From IMG/VR virus record IMGVR_UViG_3300038974_000355, positions 1 through 33,352 of that record: a stretch of DNA of 33,352 nt, one strand, 5' to 3'. The stretch is from a virus. Its lineage: Duplodnaviria > Caudoviricetes. A program made the position numbers and the translations under genes. The notes beneath the pieces were generated by a model. The model searched no databases. It was given only the letters and a program-made list of their open reading frames with translations, and was not told where the DNA came from. Shown piece after piece: positions 1-8,100 of this stretch. Each line of letters starts with the position of its first letter. Position 1 is the stretch's first letter.

Positions 1-2
1 TC

Positions 3-20
3 GGGATGCTCCCTTTTTCT
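3..20 (+). terminator. Possible intrinsic terminator, probably truncated by the window edge
   Basis: GGGA-TGC-TCCC followed by TTTTTCT; only a 4-bp stem is visible. Confidence 0.3.
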
Positions 21-59
21 GTATATTGTGTGTTTTCGTATATAATATTAATTGTTATT

Positions 60-75
60 TGTTCCACATGGAACA
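60..75. promoter_or_regulatory. parS: parS-like centromere site
   Basis: TGTTCCACATGGAACA: 15/16 match to the parS palindrome TGTTCCACGTGGAACA, in non-coding DNA. Confidence 0.65.
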
Positions 76-105
76 ATTTTGTTTTTGTCGAAAGCATTTT
101 TTGCG

Positions 106-143
106 GATGCATATTTATGCAATATAATGTATAAATATACATG
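106..143. promoter_or_regulatory. Tandem ARG-box-like palindromes (putative ArgR operator)
   Basis: GA-TGCAT-ATTT-ATGCA-AT (106-123) and AA-TGTAT-AAAT-ATACA-TG (126-143); two 18-mers 2 bp apart, fitting TG(A/C/T)AT-N4-AT(T/G/A)CA. Confidence 0.55.
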
Positions 144-154
144 TTTATTTATTT

Positions 155-182
155 TAATCTGATAACTAGTATTATGTTAAAT
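155..182 (+). other. dif: dif-like XerC/XerD recombination site
   Basis: TAATCTGATAA-CTAGTA-TTATGTTAAAT: 11-6-11 geometry, right arm identical to the canonical XerD arm TTATGTTAAAT, left arm ends in the conserved ATAA. Confidence 0.75.
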
Positions 183-197
183 AGAATAAAACGCAAT

Positions 198-215
198 ATT
201 GAATGAATATACAAT
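198..215. promoter_or_regulatory. Third ARG-box-like site
   Basis: AT-TGAAT-GAAT-ATACA-AT, one mismatch from TGAAT-N4-ATTCA; overlaps the direct repeat CAATATTGAAT (194-204, 212-222). Confidence 0.4.
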
Positions 216-233
216 ATTGAATATTAAGTAAAT

Positions 234-284
234 ACCCCCCTCCTTTTTTAAATTGAGGGGGTGCTTTGTCGGTGTATAGCACCC
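234..284. repeat. GC-rich overlapping inverted repeats
   Basis: CCCCCTC (236-242) pairs with GAGGGGG (255-261); GGGTGCT (259-265) pairs with AGCACCC (278-284). Confidence 0.7.
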
Positions 285-624
285 AATATAAAAATTCATC
301 AAATTTTCATTTTTGCAAAATTCATTTGTTTATTTTTTCTCCAAGTAAGACTAATTTTGGTAAAAATTATGATTTTGAGTTACTCCTTATACATTATATA
401 TGAAAATTACATATATTGCGGTCTACAATTTATTAATAATCAATATTTTTTGTGTTTTTGTTATTTTTATACCATAAAAAGTACCTAAAATAATGATTGG
501 TTGCAAGCCTATCCTTAATATTCTCATCTAAGCATAAAAATTGTTGGTGTTTAAAGCAATTATTTTGTGAGTTGTAGTTCTTGATTTTTAAACATCCGAC
601 AAGAAAAATAACAAGATATATAAT

Positions 625-941
625 AAAAAGTATAAATCTGACCTATAATATTAATATATCTTATATTATATAATATGCTTTATATTGCATATTTTATCCA
701 TTGCAAGTCTAAAAAGTATATTTTAGTATATTTTTTTGTCTTTGCAACTTGCTGATTGTCAGCCAGTATACGAATTATACTTTTTTTTGCGTTATAATAT
801 TCTTCTCTATAGGAAAATATGTATTAATATTATATTTATAAGAAGTATAAAAAGTATACTATTAATGTAATGCCCTATTCATCGATGTTTCGTGGTATAT
901 TTTTAGTATTCTTTTAGTATTCTATTTATACTTTTTTTTGC
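625..941. repeat. Iteron-like AGTAT(A) repeat cluster, putative replication origin
   Basis: AAAAAGTATA at 625, 711 and 849; inverted copies within the exact 16-bp direct repeat TTATACTTTTTTTTGC at 775-790 and 926-941; tandem AGTATATTTT (715-734); tandem TTTTAGTATTC (901-922); palindrome GCTGATTGTCAGC (751-763); very AT-rich. Confidence 0.6.
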
Positions 942-1094
942 TTATTTTTTATTAAGCAATTGATTTTCTTCATTTTAGTTTTTTCACCTGCAACTAAGAT
1001 TCGAAACCGGATGAAAACAGACTGGGAAAATCATCCTAAAATTATCATTAAATTATTGCTATTTTATTTTTATCAAATAAAAATTATCTATTTA

Positions 1095-1126
1095 TTTGTA
1101 TATATAAAATATAAATCATATCTTTA
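1095..1126 (+). promoter_or_regulatory. Bacteroidota-type promoter for the replication operon
   Basis: TTTG (1095-1098)-N20-TATCTTTA (1119-1126), against consensus TTTG-N19-21-TAnnTTTG; just upstream of ATG 1154. Confidence 0.5.
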
Positions 1127-1153
1127 TACCGATATAATTAAATAATTTACACA

Positions 1154-2125
1154 ATGAAAACAGATAATGTTAATTTAAAAGGAGATAATATCTTTTCTCC
1201 AAGTTCAACTCCTTCTTATAAGCAGGGTATTCTTGATAGCCGTGTTGGATGTTTAGGTTCTTCGGATGCTTCTATGGTTGGAAAGGTAGGAATGTACGGA
1301 ATTGAATCTTTAAGTGAATCTGATTTACGCAGGCTTGCCGTAATGACCGGACAGGTAGCTCACATTGATTCATACAAGACGGAAGCAATGTTAAATGGAG
1401 ATGCCTTTGAAGCGTATTATTTTGAAAACTATTGCAATAATACAGCAAAGTCAAATCCGGAATACATTTCAAAACAAATGTCAAGTATTCTTGGATATAA
1501 ATGTATTACTCATATAGACATCGAGTATTATGTTGAATATACAAATGCTGTATTTTGGAAAGAATTGAAGTGCTTAAATGATATATCTATTTCAAAGGCA
1601 ATATCAAAGTATAAATATCAATTTGCTTGGCACTGGATGATAGGGAATGACTTGTATGATAATTTTATTCTTGTTGGAGTTTTAGGAAATCAAGATAATT
1701 TTGATAATATAGAAGAGTTTATATTTTGTCCTGATGATTTTAAATCAGAAATGATACATATAACAAAAGGGTTGGCTTTGATAGGAGATTTTGTCAAAGA
1801 TTTTGTTTATAAACCAAAAGAAGAACTTGAAGTATCTGATTTACTTGCTTGGGATGTTGAATTATGTGAACAAGCCGAAGCATATTTAAGACAGTTGTAT
1901 GATGCAGAAAACAAATTAAAGGAGTTTAAGGAAAAAATGCTCCAAATGATGAGTAGTAATGGGATAAAAAAAATAAGCAATGATTTTTTTAGCATATCTT
2001 ATGTTCCTGAATCATTTACTACAAGGCTTGATTCAGATAAATTATTTGCAGAAAATCCACAATTAAAAGGCAAATACGATAAAAAAACGAAAAAGAAAGC
2101 ATATTGTATATTAAAAGTTAAATAA
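1154..2125 (+). CDS. YqaJ/lambda-exonuclease-like recombination nuclease with C-terminal coiled-coil (Gp157-like) region
   Basis: R..CLGSSDAS, G..FE, HID, ELK and Y..Q motifs in PD-(D/E)XK order. Confidence 0.75.
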   Translation: MKTDNVNLKGDNIFSPSSTPSYKQGILDSRVGCLGSSDASMVGKVGMYGIESLSESDLRRLAVMTGQVAHIDSYKTEAMLNGDAFEAYYFENYCNNTAKSNPEYISKQMSSILGYKCITHIDIEYYVEYTNAVFWKELKCLNDISISKAISKYKYQFAWHWMIGNDLYDNFILVGVLGNQDNFDNIEEFIFCPDDFKSEMIHITKGLALIGDFVKDFVYKPKEELEVSDLLAWDVELCEQAEAYLRQLYDAENKLKEFKEKMLQMMSSNGIKKISNDFFSISYVPESFTTRLDSDKLFAENPQLKGKYDKKTKKKAYCILKVK

Positions 2126-2131
2126 TTTGCA

Positions 2132-2139
2132 TATCTTTG
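2132..2139 (+). promoter_or_regulatory. Bacteroidota -7 promoter element
   Basis: TATCTTTG in the intergenic gap 11 nt before ATG 2151. Confidence 0.55.
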
Positions 2140-2150
2140 TATATAATAAT

Positions 2151-2522
2151 ATGAAAACGAATAAAATTAATTTAAGGCTTGTCAAGAACATTGGAAATTA
2201 CGAGAGTGTTCATTTAGAGATTGAGGTTCAACTTTCTAAAGGAGATAATGCAAGTGATGCTTTTTGTTTTGCAAAAGAAGAGTTGGAAGAGTCGTTTATC
2301 GCTATCTCTAAATCAAGCAATGATACGAATAAAAATTCGAGTGATAATAGTAATAATAATCATGTTGATAAAAAGTGTTTAGTTCGAGGTACGAAAGAAT
2401 TTAACAATGTTGTTTCTTCTATTCTAAGTGGCAGAGCAACATTAGAACAAGCTCATCAATACTATAATATAAGCAAAAGAGATGCGTTGTATTTAGTAGA
2501 ACAATTAAATAATCAAAAATAA
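2151..2522 (+). CDS. Hypothetical phage protein
   Basis: ORF in the operon; ATG 2151 preferred over TTG 2127 because the latter overlaps the promoter element. Confidence 0.7.
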   Translation: MKTNKINLRLVKNIGNYESVHLEIEVQLSKGDNASDAFCFAKEELEESFIAISKSSNDTNKNSSDNSNNNHVDKKCLVRGTKEFNNVVSSILSGRATLEQAHQYYNISKRDALYLVEQLNNQK

Positions 2523-2544
2523 TACTAAGTTAAAAGAAAAGAGT

Positions 2545-2961
2545 ATGTTAAAAGGAAATAAAAAAGGCGGAAATTTATTAGGGTTACAGTATTTTAGGAA
2601 GAAAAAAGGGTTAAAGCAAACAGACATCTTGTTTGTTACCCAACCTACTGTTAGCCACATGGAGAGAGGTGGTAAGAATTTCACATTGACAACATTAGAC
2701 ATCTATTGTAATCAAGTTGGGATTGACTACGGATTTTTCAGCAAGTCGAGTGGATATACTTTTTCTATAAAAAAGAATGGTAATACCGTTATTGGATTTG
2801 TATTTCACTCAAAGAGAGCGCATCTTGACTTTGATATGGAACTCAAAATCGTTTCTGAATTTGATTACAAAGGAAATTTTGTTCGGAATATAAATTTCGA
2901 TTTTGATGAATCTTCATTTGTTGATATTATTTCATTTGTGGAAAGAGAATTTGCTAAATAA
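2545..2961 (+). CDS. XRE-family helix-turn-helix protein
   Basis: LQYFRKKKGLKQ..VTQPTVSHMERG...TLTTL pattern of Cro/CI-type HTH. Confidence 0.8.
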   Translation: MLKGNKKGGNLLGLQYFRKKKGLKQTDILFVTQPTVSHMERGGKNFTLTTLDIYCNQVGIDYGFFSKSSGYTFSIKKNGNTVIGFVFHSKRAHLDFDMELKIVSEFDYKGNFVRNINFDFDESSFVDIISFVEREFAK

Positions 2962-2969
2962 AAATAAGT

Positions 2970-3869
2970 ATGAGAAAGGCGTATAAATATTCTCTAAAAG
3001 GGAATAAGAAATATATTTGCCCTAAATGCGGAAGAAAAACATTTGTTCCATATTTCGATAACGAAACATCAGAGATTCTTAATTTAACTGTAGGAAAATG
3101 CGATAGAGAAAATAATTGTCAATATCATTTTACTCCGAAAGAGTTTTTTCATAGGAAAGGAGTTCCTATGCCTGAATATACTTTTGTTAAGAATAAAGAC
3201 GAAGATATTGTCAAACCGGTTTCTTTTATTGATGAATCATATTTTAATCCAACAGTAAGTGCATTTAAAGATAATAATTTATTCCAATGGATGATTAACT
3301 TATTTGATGATGATAAATGGAAAGAGGATTGTTATAATGCTATATCGAAATATAAGATAGGTTCTGCAAATGGTCGTTCGACTGTTTTTTGGCAAATAGA
3401 CATTGACAATAAAATAAGGTCAGGGAAAGTAATAACATATAAAAAAAATGGGAAAAGGAATAAAGATATTTTTCCTCCTGTAAAGTGGGTTCATGTCTTG
3501 CTAAAACTTAATGATTTTAATTTGAAACAATGCTTTTTCGGGGAACATCTTCTACTTAATGAAGAAGATAAAACAGTAGCCATTGTCGAAAGCGAGAAAA
3601 CAGCTCTTTTAATGAGTGTTTTTAGACCGAATATGATTTGGCTTGCAAGTGGAGGAAGTGAGGGGTTGTCTTCCGATAAATGTAAAGTTATTAAAGGTAA
3701 GTCAGTTATTCTTTATCCAGATTTAAAGCAATTTGATAAATGGAAAATAAAAGCAGATTTATACGGGTTTACAATAAGTACCGAGCTTGAATCGGTTGCT
3801 ACACAAGAGATGCGAGATAACGGGGATGATATTTTAGACTATTTATTGATGCAACATGGAAAGATATAA
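2970..3869 (+). CDS. Primase-like protein (Zn ribbon + TOPRIM-like; DUF6371-type of Bacteroidota elements)
   Basis: CPKCG..GKCDRENNCQYH zinc ribbon; QCFFGEHLL, IVESEKTA, WLASGG, LYPD motifs. Confidence 0.85.
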   Translation: MRKAYKYSLKGNKKYICPKCGRKTFVPYFDNETSEILNLTVGKCDRENNCQYHFTPKEFFHRKGVPMPEYTFVKNKDEDIVKPVSFIDESYFNPTVSAFKDNNLFQWMINLFDDDKWKEDCYNAISKYKIGSANGRSTVFWQIDIDNKIRSGKVITYKKNGKRNKDIFPPVKWVHVLLKLNDFNLKQCFFGEHLLLNEEDKTVAIVESEKTALLMSVFRPNMIWLASGGSEGLSSDKCKVIKGKSVILYPDLKQFDKWKIKADLYGFTISTELESVATQEMRDNGDDILDYLLMQHGKI

Positions 3870-5265
3870 AGCTATTTTAGAAGTAAATGATATTGATATA
3901 TCCGAAAACTCTGATTATGGTGTATTGCTAAGTCTAAATAACATAAATGTACTTGAATACCCAAAACATCCAAAATTCATTCGTTTATTGCCATTTTTAG
4001 ATATAACAGACTATCTTAAATCAATTGATTTTGAAAAGGAAAATGATATTTATTTAGCGATAAGAGAGATAGCTAAAATAGTTGTATCTGACCCTTCCGC
4101 AAGGGACGAAAAGTCGAGAAAAAATTTGAGAGTTGAATATGAGCTATTCTATACTCAATTTAAGAGAGTTTGTAGTACTTTAGATGGGTTGGAAAACTTT
4201 TGTAAGTCAACATCTGTGTATTTGTGGTCGAGCTACTTCTTGCCTAAAAAATTGAGAGAAAGAACTGAGAAGATGTTTTCAGTAGCTCCAGATAAAGACG
4301 AATTTATAAAATGGAAGAAAAAACTTATTGATATTTATTCTTTTTCTGACCTTGACATAGAGAAACTATCTTATTTTATATGCCAATGCAAAGATGATAA
4401 AATTCATCCATCATTAAATAAGGTATTATATGTTTGGGGTGGAAAGTTTACCGGAAAGACAACTATTGGAGGAACAGTAGTTAGCATATTAAATGGAGAG
4501 GAAGATTTGTCAAATATAAATATGTACACATCTGAATTATCCAGAGAATTGCAGATAGGACAGTTTGATATTCCTATATGCTCATCCTCTAATGCAGTAT
4601 TAATGGATGAAGCGTTCTATGCGGATATGAAGAGGACATACAATAAGTTTAAATCAATGATAACAAGCAGAGGTTGTAAGATGGAAGTTAAATTTAAATC
4701 TTCCGTTATCGTTGATTGCAGAAGAAATTACTTCTTAACAAGCAATGAGCCTCTTAGAAATTTTGTTAAAGATTGGGACGATAGGCGTTATTTAGAAATA
4801 CGAATGGATAATCGACCAAAACAAATATCTTTTTTAGAGATATATGATATTTGGAAATCTTTCATATTAAATTGTTATCCTCCAAATAATATAAGTATGA
4901 AAGAATGGTATGAGCAGTTAGCCGACAAGACTTTAGTTAAAGGAGCGTATGATGTAGAGAAAGAAGATGTATCTTGTGTGCTGTTCTCTTATGAGTTTTT
5001 AGATTCGTTAAGCGTGGATTCAGAGAATAAAAATTCATATACAATATCAAAGAAACAAATACAAAGGATATTAGAAGCATATTTGCCTAAGAAGATTATC
5101 AGCGATGATATATACGAAAAAGTAATAGTAGAAGCTTTTGGAGAACCAAACGCTCATAAAAAATGGAGAACTGTTAATATAAGAAATATCATATCAAAAA
5201 AACTATCAGAACAAGATTCTATTGATTATTCTACATTAGAATATGAAGATGAATCTCCTTTTTAA
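3856..5265 (+). CDS. P-loop NTPase, VirE/primase-associated helicase-like
   Basis: Walker A GGKFTGKTT, Walker B VLMDE, then LTSN and DDRRY motifs; overlaps the primase stop codon. Confidence 0.8.
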   Translation: MERYKAILEVNDIDISENSDYGVLLSLNNINVLEYPKHPKFIRLLPFLDITDYLKSIDFEKENDIYLAIREIAKIVVSDPSARDEKSRKNLRVEYELFYTQFKRVCSTLDGLENFCKSTSVYLWSSYFLPKKLRERTEKMFSVAPDKDEFIKWKKKLIDIYSFSDLDIEKLSYFICQCKDDKIHPSLNKVLYVWGGKFTGKTTIGGTVVSILNGEEDLSNINMYTSELSRELQIGQFDIPICSSSNAVLMDEAFYADMKRTYNKFKSMITSRGCKMEVKFKSSVIVDCRRNYFLTSNEPLRNFVKDWDDRRYLEIRMDNRPKQISFLEIYDIWKSFILNCYPPNNISMKEWYEQLADKTLVKGAYDVEKEDVSCVLFSYEFLDSLSVDSENKNSYTISKKQIQRILEAYLPKKIISDDIYEKVIVEAFGEPNAHKKWRTVNIRNIISKKLSEQDSIDYSTLEYEDESPF

Positions 5266-5285
5266 TTTTTAATTTTTAATTTTTA
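5259..5285 (+). repeat. Short tandem repeat (TTTTTAA) x ~4
   Basis: TTTTTAA TTTTTAA TTTTTAA TTTTTA between the helicase and the SSB-like gene. Confidence 0.6.
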
Positions 5286-5293
5286 TAAGTATT

Positions 5294-5998
5294 ATGGAAA
5301 TGACAAGTAGAGTAGGTAAAAAATACCTACAAATTAAACAGGGAGAAATATTTTTCCCAAGTAATGACAAAAGCGCTCCTAACTATCGTTCTGTTGATTG
5401 GACAAACAAATCGGGAGAAACAGGAACTTATGCCGGATTATTTTTTGATTCTATTAAGACAAAGATATTCTCTATTAAGTATTTTGACGGTAAATTCGGA
5501 ACTGTAATCAATATTGAAATAGAAGATGATTATATATTAGTTCTATCTGGAAGATATGCTGCTGCTATAGCTCCATTTATTCCAAGTATTGATGTTAGTA
5601 AAGAAGTTGTTATTAGACCTTACGACTTTGAAGACGAAAAGAAGGTCCGCCGTCAAGGAATATCTTTATCTCAAGACGGGAAAAAACTTTCTAACTATTA
5701 TGCTGTAAAAGATTCTAACGGGAAATTATCATATCCAAAAGGATTCCCTGAGCCACCAAAGCCAAAAGCAGGTGGCAAAATAACATCTCAAATGTGGACA
5801 TTGTATTTCAGACAATTAGAGGTTAAGTTTAGAGAAGAAAACGAAAATTGGATTGAGCAACAATCATTCCCAAATTTATTGAAATCATATAGAACGGAAG
5901 ATAACAAAAAAGATGATTTTGAGGAAGATTTAAATCAAAATCCTTTTGAAATAGAGACAGGAACTTCCGAAGAAGAAGTTAATTATTTGCCGTTTTAA
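5294..5998 (+). CDS. Putative single-stranded DNA-binding protein
   Basis: Beta-rich N-terminus, acidic C-terminal tail ending LPF, located in the replication module. Confidence 0.5.
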   Translation: MEMTSRVGKKYLQIKQGEIFFPSNDKSAPNYRSVDWTNKSGETGTYAGLFFDSIKTKIFSIKYFDGKFGTVINIEIEDDYILVLSGRYAAAIAPFIPSIDVSKEVVIRPYDFEDEKKVRRQGISLSQDGKKLSNYYAVKDSNGKLSYPKGFPEPPKPKAGGKITSQMWTLYFRQLEVKFREENENWIEQQSFPNLLKSYRTEDNKKDDFEEDLNQNPFEIETGTSEEEVNYLPF

Positions 5999-6000
5999 AG

Positions 6001-7335
6001 ATGGAACTTCATAAATATCAGCTTAAAATAGTTGATTTTATATTATCTCATACCAACAGCATTCTTGCTGTTGGTATGGGATTAGGTAAGACAATCAGTG
6101 TATTACACGCTATTGAAAAGGATAATCCAAATACATTGTTGATTGTCGCCCCGAAGAGAGTCGCCGAAACTGTTTGGATTCAAGAGGCTTTAAAATGGGG
6201 TTTAGTTGATATTGCAGATAAAATGATTCTTGTTGCTGGAACTCCATCTCAACGAAAATCAGCATTATTAAATGAAAGCAAGCCATACAAAGTTATAGGT
6301 AGAGATAATCTAAAAGATGTTGTCGGATTTAGCTTCAAATGGATAGTGATAGATGAACTTACCGGATTTAAAAATGTAGATTCAAACAGGAGTAAATATT
6401 TATCTACTATATCTCGAGAAAAAGCAATAGGGTTAACTGGAACATTTATTGCCAATGGAGCAATAGATGTTTTCGGACAATCAGCAGCCATATTTACACC
6501 AGTTAATCCATTAGGAGATAATTTTTATAGATGGAGAGCAACTATGTTTTACGATGCAGCACCTCCAAAAGTAAAATGGAAGAAATGGAAGTTGCTAAAA
6601 GGAATAACAATTGATGATGTGATTACTCCAATAAAAGAAAATATTATTACGCTTGATAGTTCTGATTATCTTAATATTCCTGAATTAACATCAGAAATAC
6701 ATTATGTTTCATTGTCAGATGAAGAACGGTCTAATTATGACATGATGCAATCATTTCTAATGTCTGATTTAGGAGCAGTAAAGAGTGAAGAGCAAAAATT
6801 TTCTAAGTTATGCACTATGTGCAATGGATTTGTATATACCAAACAAGAAGATGGATTAAGATTGTCAGCAAGGGGAAGCAAATCTACTAAACTTGACTTA
6901 ATTGCTGAGTTTTTAGAAAGGGCATATTCGGAAGGAGAACAAGTTTTGCTTTTTTATGCTTTTATAGAAGAGGCAATATGGTTATCAGAGAAACTAAAAG
7001 ATAGAGGAATTCCATTTTGTTCGGTAAGCAATAAAAGATTTAAAGAGCTATGGGATAATTATGAGGCTGGAGTTTTATTTGCTCATCCGGCAAGCGCAGG
7101 ACATGGATTAAACTTGCAAGATGGCGGTAGATTGTGCGTATGGAGTACGCTTACTTTTGATTATGATTTATTTGCACAAGCTAATGCAAGGCTTCAAAGG
7201 CAAGGGCAAAGAAGAGCAGTACAAAATCATTATTTTATTTGCAAAGATACTATTGAGGAACGACAATATAGTTCCCTACTAAAAAAAGACGCTGAATTTA
7301 ACGAATTTAAAGAATTAACAAAAATAAACATATAA
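6001..7335 (+). CDS. SNF2-family (SF2) phage helicase
   Basis: GMGLGKT, IVIDE, GLTGT, HPASAGHGLNLQ and QANARLQRQGQ motifs. Confidence 0.92.
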   Translation: MELHKYQLKIVDFILSHTNSILAVGMGLGKTISVLHAIEKDNPNTLLIVAPKRVAETVWIQEALKWGLVDIADKMILVAGTPSQRKSALLNESKPYKVIGRDNLKDVVGFSFKWIVIDELTGFKNVDSNRSKYLSTISREKAIGLTGTFIANGAIDVFGQSAAIFTPVNPLGDNFYRWRATMFYDAAPPKVKWKKWKLLKGITIDDVITPIKENIITLDSSDYLNIPELTSEIHYVSLSDEERSNYDMMQSFLMSDLGAVKSEEQKFSKLCTMCNGFVYTKQEDGLRLSARGSKSTKLDLIAEFLERAYSEGEQVLLFYAFIEEAIWLSEKLKDRGIPFCSVSNKRFKELWDNYEAGVLFAHPASAGHGLNLQDGGRLCVWSTLTFDYDLFAQANARLQRQGQRRAVQNHYFICKDTIEERQYSSLLKKDAEFNEFKELTKINI

Positions 7336-7339
7336 TAAC

Positions 7340-7630
7340 ATGAATAAAGAAGAGCTGATACTCGAAGAGAGATGCGTATTATACGCAAGGACAAAAGGGA
7401 TAGTAACAATAAAAGGCAATCCTGACGAGCATAGAGGAATACCTGATAGACAATTTCTAAAAGATGGTATAACGGCATTTGTTGAATTTAAGGTTGGAAG
7501 GAATAAAAGGACTAAGGCTCAATATGATTGGGAACGCTGGTGCAAGAATAACAACTTCCCGTATCTTTGTACAAAATCACAAATAGAATTTATTTATTTT
7601 ATTAATAAAACTTTTTCATTAACTTTGTAG
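7340..7630 (+). CDS. VRR-NUC domain nuclease
   Basis: GIPDR..FVEFK..Q motif; usual partner of the phage SNF2 helicase. Confidence 0.88.
   Translation: MNKEELILEERCVLYARTKGIVTIKGNPDEHRGIPDRQFLKDGITAFVEFKVGRNKRTKAQYDWERWCKNNNFPYLCTKSQIEFIYFINKTFSLTL
7620..7627 (+). promoter_or_regulatory. Bacteroidota -7 promoter element
   Basis: TAACTTTG 26 nt upstream of ATG 7654. Confidence 0.5.
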
Positions 7631-7653
7631 CGTATTAATTAAAATTTATATTT

Positions 7654-8100
7654 ATGGCAAGGACAAAAAGTAATGATTTTCAAACTTATATAGGTATCCG
7701 AACAACCGATGGATTGGGATGGCTGTATAATTATCGAGGCTCACAAGTAGCGCTATTTCTTGTAATGGCATCGATGAGCACAGGTATAGATAATGTTGTT
7801 GATTTTAGCGCAGCTAAAAAGAAACGAGTTCAAGCAATGCTTGGATTAACATCTCAATCGTTAATTCGCTTGCAACGAGAGTTAGAGCAAGGAGAATCTC
7901 CATTGATTGTTCGTATTTCATATACGGAATTTATGTTAAATCCGGATGCTTTTATTGGGCACAACATGTCAGTAAGATATTATCAACAAAATAGAGTTAA
8001 ATTCGCCAAAGCCTTACAATGGCGTAGGCAAAATGATTTTGGAAATGGCACAACGCGCAAAATCTACATGGAAGAAAACGAAGCAGTATCTGGCGAATAG
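7654..8100 (+). CDS. Winged-helix protein resembling the RepL replication/maintenance family
   Basis: HTH-like segment (VQAMLGLTSQSLIRLQRELE) followed by FMLNP motif. Confidence 0.5.
   Translation: MARTKSNDFQTYIGIRTTDGLGWLYNYRGSQVALFLVMASMSTGIDNVVDFSAAKKKRVQAMLGLTSQSLIRLQRELEQGESPLIVRISYTEFMLNPDAFIGHNMSVRYYQQNRVKFAKALQWRRQNDFGNGTTRKIYMEENEAVSGE

Noticed and set aside
117-144. Second dif-like site (ATAATGTATA matches the E. coli dif centre)
   Set aside because: No XerD arm follows; better explained as part of the ARG-box-like palindromes or chance
261-488. 75-aa + strand ORF (also 960-1145)
   Set aside because: Non-ATG starts and I/F/Y/L-rich composition expected from AT-rich non-coding DNA; overlaps regulatory motifs
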